A stretch of DNA of 64,000 nucleotides from contig CM022672.1 in assembly GCA_012295275.1 (NCBI GenBank), positions 7,626,001 through 7,690,000 of the forward strand, written 5' to 3'. A program made the position numbers and the translations under genes. This document shows, one piece after another, positions 14,575 through 26,600 of the stretch. The notes under the pieces are model-generated. The model had not been told where the DNA came from, did no database searches, and was given only the letters and a program-made list of their open reading frames with translations. Every line of letters starts with the position of its first letter. The stretch's first letter is position 1. The stretch is from Chrysomallon squamiferum. Taxonomy: Eukaryota; Animalia; Mollusca.

Positions 14575-15028
14575 TTAAGTATTTATATCATACGAATATC
14601 TAATACTAAAACACACATTCTTCTGTTATAAGAAATACATTTCTGCCTTTTATAAATATAAAAAAATTTAAGGTTTTTTAAATGAAATGTATAGGAATAT
14701 TTTTGTTTGTGTCTACATTATTAATTTGCAATACAGCTTATATTAAATATACATCTAACTTGAACAATTTTGTCATAACTAATGTTTCAGTCGTGTAAGA
14801 AAACAGTGTTATTAGAAATAATGTTAATTTTATGTAATTCATTTTGTAATTTGTTTTGTTAAATGTCAGGATTTTGTTTCATAACATTTTAAATTGTTTG
14901 TGCTGATGTTAATGTCTTTCTGGTTTTGACGGTAAAACATTCATGAATCCGTTTTACTTTTCACAGACGACACTCAGATCGTGGTGGGGAGAAGGAAAAG
15001 AAGGGAAGTAATTCATGACACCAACTAA
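2586..15028 (+). CDS. Secreted multidomain protein, ~975 aa: signal peptide - Ser/Thr/Pro-rich region - FA58C(discoidin) - LamG-like - Thr-rich linker - FA58C - EGF - FA58C - C-terminal GRRKRR tail
   Basis: 20 GT-AG exons join in frame (2928 nt): 2586-2590, 3033-3094, 4010-4510, 5014-5130, 5605-5819, 6369-6504, 6780-7041, 7944-8188, 8575-8709, 9179-9238, 9626-9691, 10002-10109, 10394-10626, 11768-11918, 12471-12569, 13001-13015, 13335-13448, 13993-14192, 14396-14537, 14967-15028. N-terminus MRRLQFVCIVCIMWGASEMTVKA. FA58C hallmarks CYNPLGLSNGIITDDNITASS...WCP...RIRIHPDTWHGQACFRAELYGC. No transmembrane segment seen. Confidence 0.85.
5014..6504 (+). other. F5/8 type C (discoidin) domain 1, three exons
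   Basis: CYNPLGLSNGIITDDNITASS / SWCPDESDPYPWIEF / RIRIHPDTWHGQACFRAELYGC match the C-x-x-PLG...I.ASS, W-C-P and R.ELxGC motifs of FA58C domains. Confidence 0.9.
6780..8709 (+). other. LamG/concanavalin-like domain, three exons
   Basis: CFKDPDSCPDGFTISL...YLLSTG...GVTLFY...GTWHWLEITWTKNGLQLYAEGKL...MKIGC fits the LamG-like pattern W-H-x-h-x-h-T-W...L-x-L-Y-h-D/E-G. Confidence 0.75.
10002..11918 (+). other. F5/8 type C (discoidin) domain 2, three exons
   Basis: CNKPLW...VTTSS...DCC / GGWCPD...FIEVNF / RIRIVVKNYHKEPCFRFQLFGC; same exon split as domain 1. Confidence 0.8.
12471..12569 (+). other. EGF-like domain exon (phase 1-1)
   Basis: CPSGCENGGKCITKDTCSCPVPFFGLRCE, six-Cys EGF spacing. Confidence 0.9.
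13335..14537 (+). other. F5/8 type C (discoidin) domain 3, three exons
   Basis: CRKPLGMSDGTIKDDQLKVSS...KARYGCC / GAWCPAPSDSAPYYEVKF / LRIVPETWEKAPCFRFELIGC. Confidence 0.9.
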
Positions 15029-15864
15029 AAGAGAATATATGTATTTTTTCGTACGTTACAGAATCACCGTTGTTTACTGTGAACCTTTGCAGTTGCAATT
15101 GAAAGGGTTAAATGAACTTATTTTTCTGTTACTATTCGCTTTAATGAATTAACAATAATAATAAAATGAATTTTTAAAACACAAAAAAACAGATGAAGTA
15201 TAAACATCGTATTAAGTTCAATTAATTTTGTCTTAATCTTATCATCACACTTTATAAAAGAAAACTTGAAATCTTTGTATTTCAGGAACTTTAGTTTATG
15301 ATAAATGATCTATACATAATAGAAATAGTATTATTTTTTATTGTGTTTGGTATTGATTATTCCAATAGTTTTTTTTTTTTTTTTCTTTCCCTATAACTAT
15401 TACAATGACTAAATTTTGCAATAAAAAAGAAATATAAAATTAAACTGTTCGTTTTTTGTTCCAATATTTATTTATAAAAGGATTCATTTTAAAAACAGGT
15501 TTCATCTTTTTTTTCTTTTTTCTTTTTTTCAGAGTTTTTTGTGTTTCACTAAGTACACTAACCATGTGCTGTATCATTAGTGTATGTGGATGGACAAATA
15601 CATATTATTCCACATGATTAATTTGTTTGTTACTGACAAGAGTAATACAACTGGTTCCCTTTCTCTTAAATATGCAATTTTTATTTATTTTATTTTATTT
15701 TATTTGATTAACAACAGAGTTCGCTTTTGGTTATGGTACACTGTCTGTAGTTGGATGTAGTGTAGCGTATATTTTTTGCCGCCCTGTACCTTAGCCAAAT
15801 CTGCCGACCTCCCCAACAGAAACGAATATATGAAGATTTTCGCATTCATATTTTATGATAAGAC

Positions 15865-15903
<39 letters not shown>

Positions 15904-16519
15904 ACCTACAAATATATATATATAAAAACCAACAATACAGCAAGCAGGGACGGAAAATGCGCAAACCAGGGAAGGGTTAATGACAATATTTCTTATAACT
16001 TCGTGCGGGTATTTTAGATCACTTGCTCAGGCAAAAGTAATTATAGAACACCGCAGATTCTAGGCGAAGAGGTTCTTATTCAGAATAATGATAGTCAGTA
16101 CATCTTCCAAAATTTGCCGCCCTGTGCAGTACGCCAAATTCTATGCTACTGGCAGTCGGATGGGGCACTGGTCTGGTTGTTCGATTGGATAGGTAATGAC
16201 TGGGTCTGTTCTAACCCGCTTCAAATATCCTGTGCATGGCACAGTTCTCAGATGGAATCAAGCCAAATATTTATCACAAACACAGCTGAATATGTTCAGG
16301 ATTAATTAAGAGCTGCGAAATGTCTCGAATGTCAAACCTGTTGTTGGTGTTGTCATTATTATTATTATTACTAATCGATGTATTTTATTCATTTATTCAT
16401 ATGGATTGTCCTCCCTAAAATTCCAATAAAATTAGATATCTTGAAATAAATAATATAATAAATATTTGTAACCTTTAAAAATATTTTCTTAAGTATCGTA
16501 ATTGAAGATGAGCCTGATA

Positions 16520-16672
16520 GTTATCTCCCCTTGATTGGAACTCTGCGGAAAAAACTGGAAAAAAATTAGTAAATGCGGAAAGCTGACCAGAAATAAATTT
16601 TCATGTAAATATTAACATTCCTTTTTGCTGTGTGAGAAATTTAGACACCCAAATACATGTTTTGTTATTAGG
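16520..16672 (+). promoter_or_regulatory. Probable TACC promoter and non-coding first exon
   Basis: ATTGG (reverse CCAAT) and two GCGGAA ETS-like boxes at about 16535-16580, then a strong donor GG|gtaagt at 16673; the next strong acceptor (ttttccag at 18424) precedes the TACC ATG. Confidence 0.45.
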
Positions 16673-18446
16673 GTAAGTATGTAAGAACTATAAATTCAGC
16701 GTATCATTTAAACTGAAGAGTTTTTTGTTTCAAATCGTAAAGTTGTGAGTCACAACAGGTTTGAAGACGAAACCTGAGGTCAGTGGGTGCTGGCCACCTG
16801 TCAGAAAATGAGGTGCAGTCCAGGTATTAACAGAGGAAATATCCTGTATCTGTAATTCTTATTAACACAACACCAAGACTGGAACAACTAGTAAAATAAA
16901 AAAAATATTAAATATTTAAACAAAATAACAATGAAAGTCAATAAATTGTTAACCATGTTCATGATGTTGTAGTGTTCTGACTCTGAGTGTCACTGTCAGT
17001 CGGAATCATTAGGCTTTTGTATCGTCTGTGTCGTTGTAATACTACCTTTATTTCAATACTTTGATTATTTTTTAATTACAGTTATTTTTACTGAAAAAGG
17101 CAAGAGATATTTTTAAAAACAAAAATGTTCCTAAAATTTGTAGCCTATAATCACATATTTCATGAGGTATATATAATATTCAAAGCATATTATCTTTTAA
17201 TTTGTATATTCTATATCAGAGTTTTAAATATAGAGACAAATTAATTAGTCAGTAGCTTACTGACCATAATACAGTTACCTTTAAATATATTTGCACTTTA
17301 AATATATGTAAACAGGGAATTATATATATATATATATATATGTAAATTCTACATTCATGGAATGATTGTTTTTATTTCTTTAGTAAAAAGAAAAAGGTTA
17401 GTAATGTAATTTAATATTTTTATACCTATTACGTTTAATAATAAGAACAAACTTTGATTAATTCCAACATTTTATTAGTTAGATATATGGTATAACAAAT
17501 TCATAAAGACAATTAATTACACATACTGTAAATTTATATCTGTGTAATCATTTTTTCAGTTCTGTTTGGATAAATTTTATTTTTTATATTACAATTAAAA
17601 GAAGAAATAATAGGATCAAACAAAAGTTCCCTAAATAACAAAGACAACAAAACCCAAACAATACATATAAAAAGAAAAAAAAAAAACAACATTAGAATGA
17701 AATAAAAATATTAAACTTTATAAAAGTAGTATAGAATGATTAGACATTTTACATTAAACTTGTAATAATAAATACCTCTTGTATAGTTAGGTTTATCATT
17801 TACAAGTGTCTATGTTGATTGGTGATATCCCAGTAATATCTGAAATGAAAATAATCATTAGGATTTATATGCAATCAAAAACAAATTCAGAGTACAAATG
17901 GCACACTATTTAATTTATTATCTATATTATAGGATATTCTTTAAACATTATTTCATATGCTGTAATTTACTGATAATCCAACACTAATGAATATCCCATG
18001 AAACTAAGATGCTACAAGATAAACAAATAATCAAGATTTTGTACAAAAATCATTTACTAAAAGCCCACATTTATTATTCAGGTTGTCAGGATTAATGGAA
18101 AAATTGGAAGTTTGCCATTAATATGTTGGTTAGCAGAGAAAATGATTTGTTCAAGTCATGTGGTGTAATAACACTGTTAGTCAGTTTCTTCCTATTCATC
18201 TTATATTGCCACTGAATAAAATAACACTATTAAGAATTTCATACAACAGCTGTTAAAAAACCATCAGATCTAGAATGATCTGCAACTGATAATAATTTTA
18301 TATTTATACCTCTAATTAAGATTATCTGTTTCACATATTTTTCCAGATTATTTACAAACTGTAGAATACTCCAAAAGCTTTTTTTTTAAGAAATGTTAAA
18401 TAAAACATGTGCTTTATTTTCCAGGTTGTTAAAATGACCAGTAATA

Positions 18447-21400
18447 ATGTCCAATCCTGAGTCTGACAATTTGTCTCCTCCACTCCCTAGTCGGGGGGCC
18501 TACACTTTCAACTTTGACGATCTGGATGAGTTCAGTAATCCTTTCCAGCCAAGTCACGCCTGAGTAACTCACCTCCAGAAGCCAAAACAGTACCTTTACT
18601 GTCTGAACAACCTGCACAGACTGTGCAACATGATCCAGCCAAACCTAAGAAAATCTCTTCTTCACCAACACCCCAGCCAGCTTCAGACTCTCTGTCACAA
18701 CAGTCAGAGCTGGAGCATGAAGGATCTCTTCAAACCGTCTGCTCTGCTGGAGAAGTGACAAACAGCGGAGGACTTGTAGTTAAACCAAGTGGGTCACAAC
18801 ATTCTATCGACTCTGAAGATGTCTGGTGTGATGCTGAGGACACTGTTGCAGCTACTGAACTTGGTCTAGTCAATGTTTGTGATAATTTGAAAAATTCTCA
18901 AAATGCGGGTGATCAAAAGAACTCCAGTAATAAGAAAGGAGGGCATGAACAGGCACCATCTACAGATTGTTCTAATAACAGCAATAACACCACTGATGCT
19001 AAGAACAATCCAGATGAAGAAAGTAAGCAAACAACTAAAAAAAGTCAAGGAAGGAAACCTGGGGTTAAAACAGTAAGTTCTGGCAAGTCAAAACATGCAG
19101 ACGAGAAAATTATTCCAAGTGAAGAAGAAAAGATAACTAGTCTTCCTAAAACTGAAGAGGCTGTGGATGAATCTCAAGAAAAAGAGAAGAAAACTCCAGA
19201 TAAGATGAAAAAGATATCATCAAAAGTTAAACAGAAGGATGGTGTTATAGAAAATGAGGTGGACATGAAGAAAGATGTAGTCAGAAGTAGCAAGGAGAAA
19301 CAGGTGGTTGATGAAAAGGACACAGACACAAAACAGGAAATAGCTGTGAAAGAAGAACAAGAGTCTGTACCAACTGATAAAACTACTGCAGAAAATGAAC
19401 CCAAGTGAGTTAAATATTGCTGTTTTATTTCTACACTTTGTATCAAATTTCTTCTGTTATTGCTTATAAACTCATTAGTGACCAACTTTTCACACACTAC
19501 TAAACTATATATGTAACATGTTATTAATAAAACACACTATAAATTTATTCTGTTTAAAAGATTATTGTCAGCTGTTTATTTTTTCTTCTGGCTGCTCTTA
19601 TTAATAAGCAACAAGTAATTGTTTATACAACCTTCCCATACACACCACTGAATTTAATTCACTAGTCAGAATGCATCAACAGAAAGAGGGGAAAAAACCC
19701 ACCAAAGAGTAAATTGAAAATGTAGATTTTGTAAGATGAGCCACCTTCATTTAGAACAGCTGTTACTTTTTTCCACTCCATTCTTCATTGACACATAAAA
19801 AGTAAAAGAAGTTTTACAAACTGTAAGCAGTTATAGTATATTGAAACTAACTTTATAACCTTTTTTATTTTTATATTTATAATTATATTTATTTTTACCC
19901 TTTATTGTTTTGTTTTTCAGAAGAAAGAGTGCAATTGCTGCAGTAAAAAGAAAAACTAAATCAAAACTGAAAAAACCTGCTGGAGCTCATTCAGAGGTAA
20001 AAATAGACATTTCTTAAATGGATGTAATAGTATACTTAAAACTACTTAGAGTTTCAGTTAATTTTTACTTTATTATTATTTTATAGGCTTATTTTTTCTT
20101 TTAATAAATTTAAAAAGGTTCCAAATTATTTATTTATTTATATATTTAAATTATACTTTTGTTCATTACATTACTGTTTTAATTAACTTATGGGGTATTT
20201 CAGGGTGATGGTGAAATTCAAATTTTTGCTCCACCAAAGCCAAAAACTGCTGTTGAGAATATTCAGAGTTCCCATCAGGATGCTGCTACATCTGGTCACA
20301 TGACACAGAGTCTGGAAATGGTTCATGAATTTGGAGCTGGAGATGATGGGGAAATGCCAGAAGAGGCTAATGAGGGATTTGTGATAGCATCTGAAGGTTT
20401 GTACATTTTTTTATAGAACAAAGAACAAAAAGAAAAACAAATAAAACCTCATAAACATCAAAGTCCTAAATTATCTAGTTTTAAACAGATACCAGTATAA
20501 CTGAATATTTAATAAGGGTAAAATCTTTCTATTATTCTTTATATTTATTACATTTTAAAATGATAGCATCATGATTTAAGGAGAAAAATAATTGGAAGTA
20601 GTTTACATATACACACATGTATTTACATTATATTATTTTATATGTTTCAGACTGAATTAATGTCATTAATATATCTTATTTAAAAAAACCTAAATGATTT
20701 ATTACAGCATTCACTGACAGTGCAGGCTGGGAGATACTTGACAAGTTTGGAGGCGATGCAGACACGAAAGAACTCGGACAAGGGAGAGAATCACTGTTTG
20801 TTGATCAAGATTCTCTTGTGCAAGGCACACCAGCTGAACCAGGTGAGTTTTGTCTTCTTACTGTTTATATAATTTTAACATGTTGTAAATCCTTTTTAGT
20901 TTTATAGTTTAAAAAAGCATATATACATTAACAAACCTACAGAGTCAAAATGTAGATACAGAAAGTGTATCTATCTGTATATCAATGTGTGTGTGTAAAT
21001 TTTTAATTAGATAAGTAACTAATATCCAACAAATATATATTTTTACATAATAAATGAGCAGCAAATGACATTGACAGTAAATTTCATTACTGAAGTATAA
21101 AAAATAGTCTTTATAATAATAGTCATTAAAACAACCCCCGAAAAAAAGGTTTAGATTAAGGGAAATAACTCAAGCATCCTTACAGAAAATAAAAGAAGAG
21201 TTATCTGTTGCAAGGGAATAATTATTTTATTAGTGTTCTGTCAAGCAAATTAAAATAAAATATTATATTAATCAAAATAAAGACACATGGCATGTAGTAC
21301 AAAATATATCCATATGCTTGTTGACATAAACAGATCTAAAGGTGTTTGTTTTGTTTTCATCTAACAAATCAGAACAATTTTAAAAAATACAATAATAATA

Positions 21401-23576
21401 ATTTGTTTTATACTGATATGAAAACATAATAGCTTTTAAATATGTCACACAAACTCATGTATTAAATGTCTTATAACAGATTACCATGGTTTGAAAAAAA
21501 ATGAAGTTATTATTACATACATCTACTTAATGATACACAGTACAAGATATTTAATTCTGTTATGTTATATTCTGTCTTCTGAGTGCACCCATAGGCTGTA
21601 TCCCATCCCAAACTGTGCCTCCATAGGCTATATCCCATTTTAAACAGACACCTGTTTGTCACAGGAATGTTTTCCTGTTCATGGAGAGGTGCTTATAAAA
21701 TATAATTTGCTGCTGTCAGAAAAAAATATCCCATCAAATGACAGGAATATTTATTTATTTATTTTATTATATTTTTTTATTATTATAATTATTATTTTTA
21801 AATCAAATTCTGTTAGTTTATTTAGCATAGATAACCATGCATCTGTTATTTTCTAAATGTTTACAGAGAAGGTTTACAATAATTAACAAATTCAAATGAA
21901 TATTCTATTTAACTTAACTATGATGAACCAGACAGTTTTGTGTAACATTTGTTATTACATTATATTTTATTTGTAACATTTTTGTTTCTAATAATAAGTA
22001 ATACTGTATGAGCAAAACTGCAATGATAAAATATTTTTCTGATAGTAGGTGGTAACAGATGATGTATATGTAGTTCAGGTAGGCAAAAATAATCAATAGA
22101 GTGTGATTCATAAAAACTATAAATAGAAATAGTTAGGCCAAACTGTAAACTTTACATCAAAATAGAGAATATAACAGTAATTGTATGTTAGAAAAAAATA
22201 AATGCATAATTGTTAAACAAATAATAATAATAATAATAAGTCGATAATTTTCATTATTGTTTTGTTTTTGTGGGCATGTAAAAAAAAACAAAAATAACTG
22301 ATAAACTGTTGGTAACTGTTGGTATATATGGCATTAAATTTCTGATTTTTTCAAAACAGATACTTAAGCAAAGTGTTTTATGTGCAAACAGTGCAATACG
22401 TGTATTTTATACAAAAAACAGATTATTGGCATTAAATTGTTTTCAAACAAGCAAATACAGGTCACACTGTTCTGTAAGACATGAGACAGATATGGATGCT
22501 TAAAAACCAGTATCTCAAGACATAATGGATTACTTGTGAACAGACTTGAACCCTGTTTGCAGTTTATAGATATGATAATATGAAATGAATAATCTTTACA
22601 TTTAAAATAAAAGGCACTGATGAAAAGTTTGTTATCAACTAATTACTTTCAAATAGATCTGTAAAGTCACCAAAAGTACACACTAGTTATTTAAAAGTAG
22701 CAAGATGTGCAGAATTAGGCTAAGTTTAATAAAGTACATACCCATGTTGTCCTCATTTTAGTCAGAATATACAGCATGCAGCATGTTTGTAGGAAGATTA
22801 TATTTCCTATATATCTGAAAGCAGAAACATCTATGAGTATACGTTTTTATAAGTGTATATAAAATAAAAACAGAAATCAATAGATTTGTCATTTTCTACA
22901 TTTTTGCAGTAATAAGCATATAGTTCATTTGCTACAGCTATTAATCATGTATATATAGGTAACATGTGTGACAGTTATAAACACTTGATGTGACTAGCAG
23001 AGTGAATTGTTCATCAGACAGTCACTGTGACACAGTTTTCAACAAGTTTGATAAAAACAGGAAACACTCGTTGAGGAGAACATCCTTAAAATTATTTTTG
23101 AAAGTTTTCCACAGGGGAGGCACTGGATGCAGTTTGAAAACTGAGATATTGGTATTGGTTACAAATTGCTTCTTGTTGCAAAGAGATTTTTTTTTTTGGA
23201 GATCTTTTAAAATTACGTCTGCCTGTGGAAAGGTTATACACTTATGCAAGCAGGTTTTTGGCATCTGCCTGAGCATTTGGCATTTGTGATAAGTGAGAAT
23301 GTATTGCTGCTGTTTTATGAAGTGTTCATAGCACTGCATCTATGGGTAACCAGTCCTCAAATGACGGTGAGTACAAAACAAAGTGACCCTGGAAAATATC
23401 TGGGAGGGGCTGCTGTCCTGTCATGTTTGTTACAAGTTATGAGTGTATACATAACACAATTTTTAATGTTCAAATTAGTTTATGCTTCTGAAAGTAACAT
23501 TACATAAAATTCCATCTAGTTTAAGTATTATAAAAGGTTATTTCATTAATATGAAACAAATGCATTTTGATCAAAA

Positions 23577-23636
<60 letters not shown>

Positions 23637-26600
23637 TGTTGTTAAACTTTGAAAATTAAGAAACTGTTATAGATTGCTGCGTTAACAAGTTATCACCAGA
23701 GAAAATGAATTTGTATAAACTTAGCAACATCATAATATATACTATTGCAATTATTATTATTATTCATCCTTTTTAAAAATATTAACTATCTTCATAACAG
23801 CAACAGACATATATAAAAAATAGTTTTTCTAGAACATTTGTTTGACAGGCAAGTCTTAACAAGCTGGTCAAAGCAACCTGTGTCTATCTTGAGCTTACAT
23901 TCAATATGTTTGTCAGTTTTAGCTTAGAAAGTTTTTAGTTAATGAGTTGGTAACACTGATCTACAGTTAGCTCAGTGAAGCAGTTGATGTAAATGTGTAC
24001 TCAGTGTATGAGTTCTAGACTGAAAGAAAACCAGCTCAGTGATAATTATAACACTCTCCTAATAGCCATGTCCATTTTGTAAATGGCAACAGGTGTACAC
24101 AAGTCCAGTAAAAATTATATGTTATAGATAACTACATTAATAAAAATATCCTTTATCCAAGGTAACTTGCCATCAGAGTATGTTTCTATGTAGTGCTTGT
24201 TGAAGGGAAACAAAGTGTTTATGCAGAAAAAAACAATGAGCTTTAGATAATTATGGTATTGTCAGGTGTTCATTTAATTCAAAATGTTATCATACCTGTG
24301 TAATGTTACTGATTTTGAAACTTTCTTTGGTTTCACCCTAGTGATGTAATCTTTAAAATTGTAAACAAAACTCAACAGGATATCAGAAAAATATTATTAC
24401 GATAATTAAAAATAATGAAAAACTATGGTAGATATTCTGTATCCTAAGTTTTTTAAATTAGCAAATATTACCAATAAATATCCCACAGTCATACTTGTGA
24501 TATAAAAGTTTAACAAGGTCAATACATCAAGAGAATGTAAAATGTATTTTTATATTACAGAAGTTGCACTATTTCTGACTGCCAAAACACTATAGTTTAA
24601 ATACAGCTTACCTTTCAACATAATTTTAGTAGAAACAGTGAAAGAGTTAAATCTAAAACTTCCACTGTAAAATATCTACATGAAGACTGGTTATTACAAA
24701 AAATGTTCCAAACACGTTCATCTTTGCAGAGAATGAACACAAGATTGAGATGTTGGCACAGCTGTGCTTAACACTGATCAATCATCATGAATATTTATAT
24801 TTCTTGTTAAAATTAGTATTTTTTTAATAATTATCTTTAATAATTTTTATGATGTTTTTGTGTTTGTCAACTTTTTCAGATATATACAGTCTTTTAATAA
24901 ATTAGGTACTGGAATGTAGAACATCAAATAGTCAATAAACCCAAGAGCTGTATATTTACAAAGAGCAAAAACTCTAAACAGCACAGACTTTATTATGACA
25001 CACCAGTGTGTTAAAAGGATTTCCACAGAATTGTTTGTTAAGTGATATATTTTCTAGATTATTGCTTTCAAATACTGCATGCTGCTAGTTTATTTGATCT
25101 GTGCATAGATAAAGTAAACATTCATTTTTAGCTATGAGATATTTTATTAATGTTTTTTTAATTCAACAAAACATTTTATCAGACAAATGATAAAACTGAT
25201 GAAATTTTAATAAAAACTGAAATCTTTGTTCTGTTTATCAGAAATAATGACAGGAATGGTTTTAAAAAGATAATGTTTTCTATAAATACATGGCAAAGTC
25301 ATAAATTTCCAGGTTTTCTGTCTGTTTATGATAAAAATCATGTTTATATTTAGAATACAACTGGTGAAATACATCATTTATTTTCATAACATATGCAAAA
25401 GCTTTCGGTATAGATGTAAAAATAATCAAAATATTGCAATTATTATTATTATTTTTAAGTTCTGGAGGAAGAAGCTTTCTTTTTCTAAAAAAAACAAACA
25501 AAAAAACAACAAAAAAAACAACAACCCGAAAACCCTTTAAGCAGCCAATAAAAAATAAATCTAAAAGAAATTAATATTATATCACGTTGTGCATAGATCT
25601 TATCAGTAGAACTGTTCTGAGGAACATGATGTGGTGGGGTCAGTTCTTCCCAGATACTAATTTTCTGCAGGTTTTTCAGTTTTTCAAGTTAATATATCAA
25701 AGGCACTTTGGTTATATCTGTGTAAAAAGATCCAGCTAGTTTGGAGGAAATTGTTTATTTTCTTGCACTGTTTGCTTGTTGTACATCTTGGATAACTTGA
25801 AGCTGCTGATTGTTAACATGCAATTTTTCTTTTATTATTTTTTTCTTTCTCTCTCAGTAGAATAAAACCTTTGTGGAAAATACACAAATATGAGAAATAT
25901 GTTTATAAGCTGAACTGAAAGGTTTTTTTTCCCCTAAATTAAACTAAAACAAAAATATTGTCACTGACATAAAAATAACAGTTATAAAATTTAGGTGCAT
26001 GCAGAGTCACAATTATGTTATATTAAATCCTTTATTAATGCAGGAAACAGTGAACAAAAATAAACATTTCTGCAACTTTTAACTTCCAACAAGCAAGAAT
26101 TGAAACATTTGAGATTCTTGATTTTCTAATTATTATTATGAGCTATTTTTTTTTTTTTTTTTTGGTTTGTTTGGAAACAACCTCTTGACCAGACATGGGT
26201 CAGCTGTCTGAAGTGGAGTTAGTGTGTTACTGAGAGAAACTGGTCACTGCGGTCAGTGTAATTTAAGCGTGGGTGGGATAGTAGTGTTTTCCAGATTCAT
26301 ATTATAAACATCAAAGCAAAGTCCATTAGTTTCATTAGACAGAGTGCAAGTGCTTATGCTTCAGTTTAATAAGTAAATAGAAAAATGTTACTGGTTGTTT
26401 TCTGGATCAGCAGACATATTTTATAATTTTTAAATAAAGTTAGTTTGGTAAGTAATGTATCTCTATCTATTGATTGACCCTAAAGCAGACATTTTTTGTT
26501 GTGATTAGTGTTAGAGATTACACAGACACACTTACCTGGGAGTGGCGATCTGCAAAACACAGGCGGGCCAGCAAGGAGTACTAATAGGTGCTGGTTAGAT

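Noticed and set aside
18434-18460. Upstream ATG (MTSNNVQS*) as the TACC start
   Set aside because: Stops after 8 codons and is out of frame with the conserved motif; at most a uORF.
18536-18563. Programmed ribosomal frameshift in TACC
   Set aside because: No canonical slippery heptamer in the needed frame and no obvious stimulatory structure; a 1-nt indel is simpler.
24008-24165. Further TACC first exon (ATG GCA ACA G|gtgtac or CCAAG|gtaact)
   Set aside because: Weak donor, or no ATG in a compatible open frame; not supportable.
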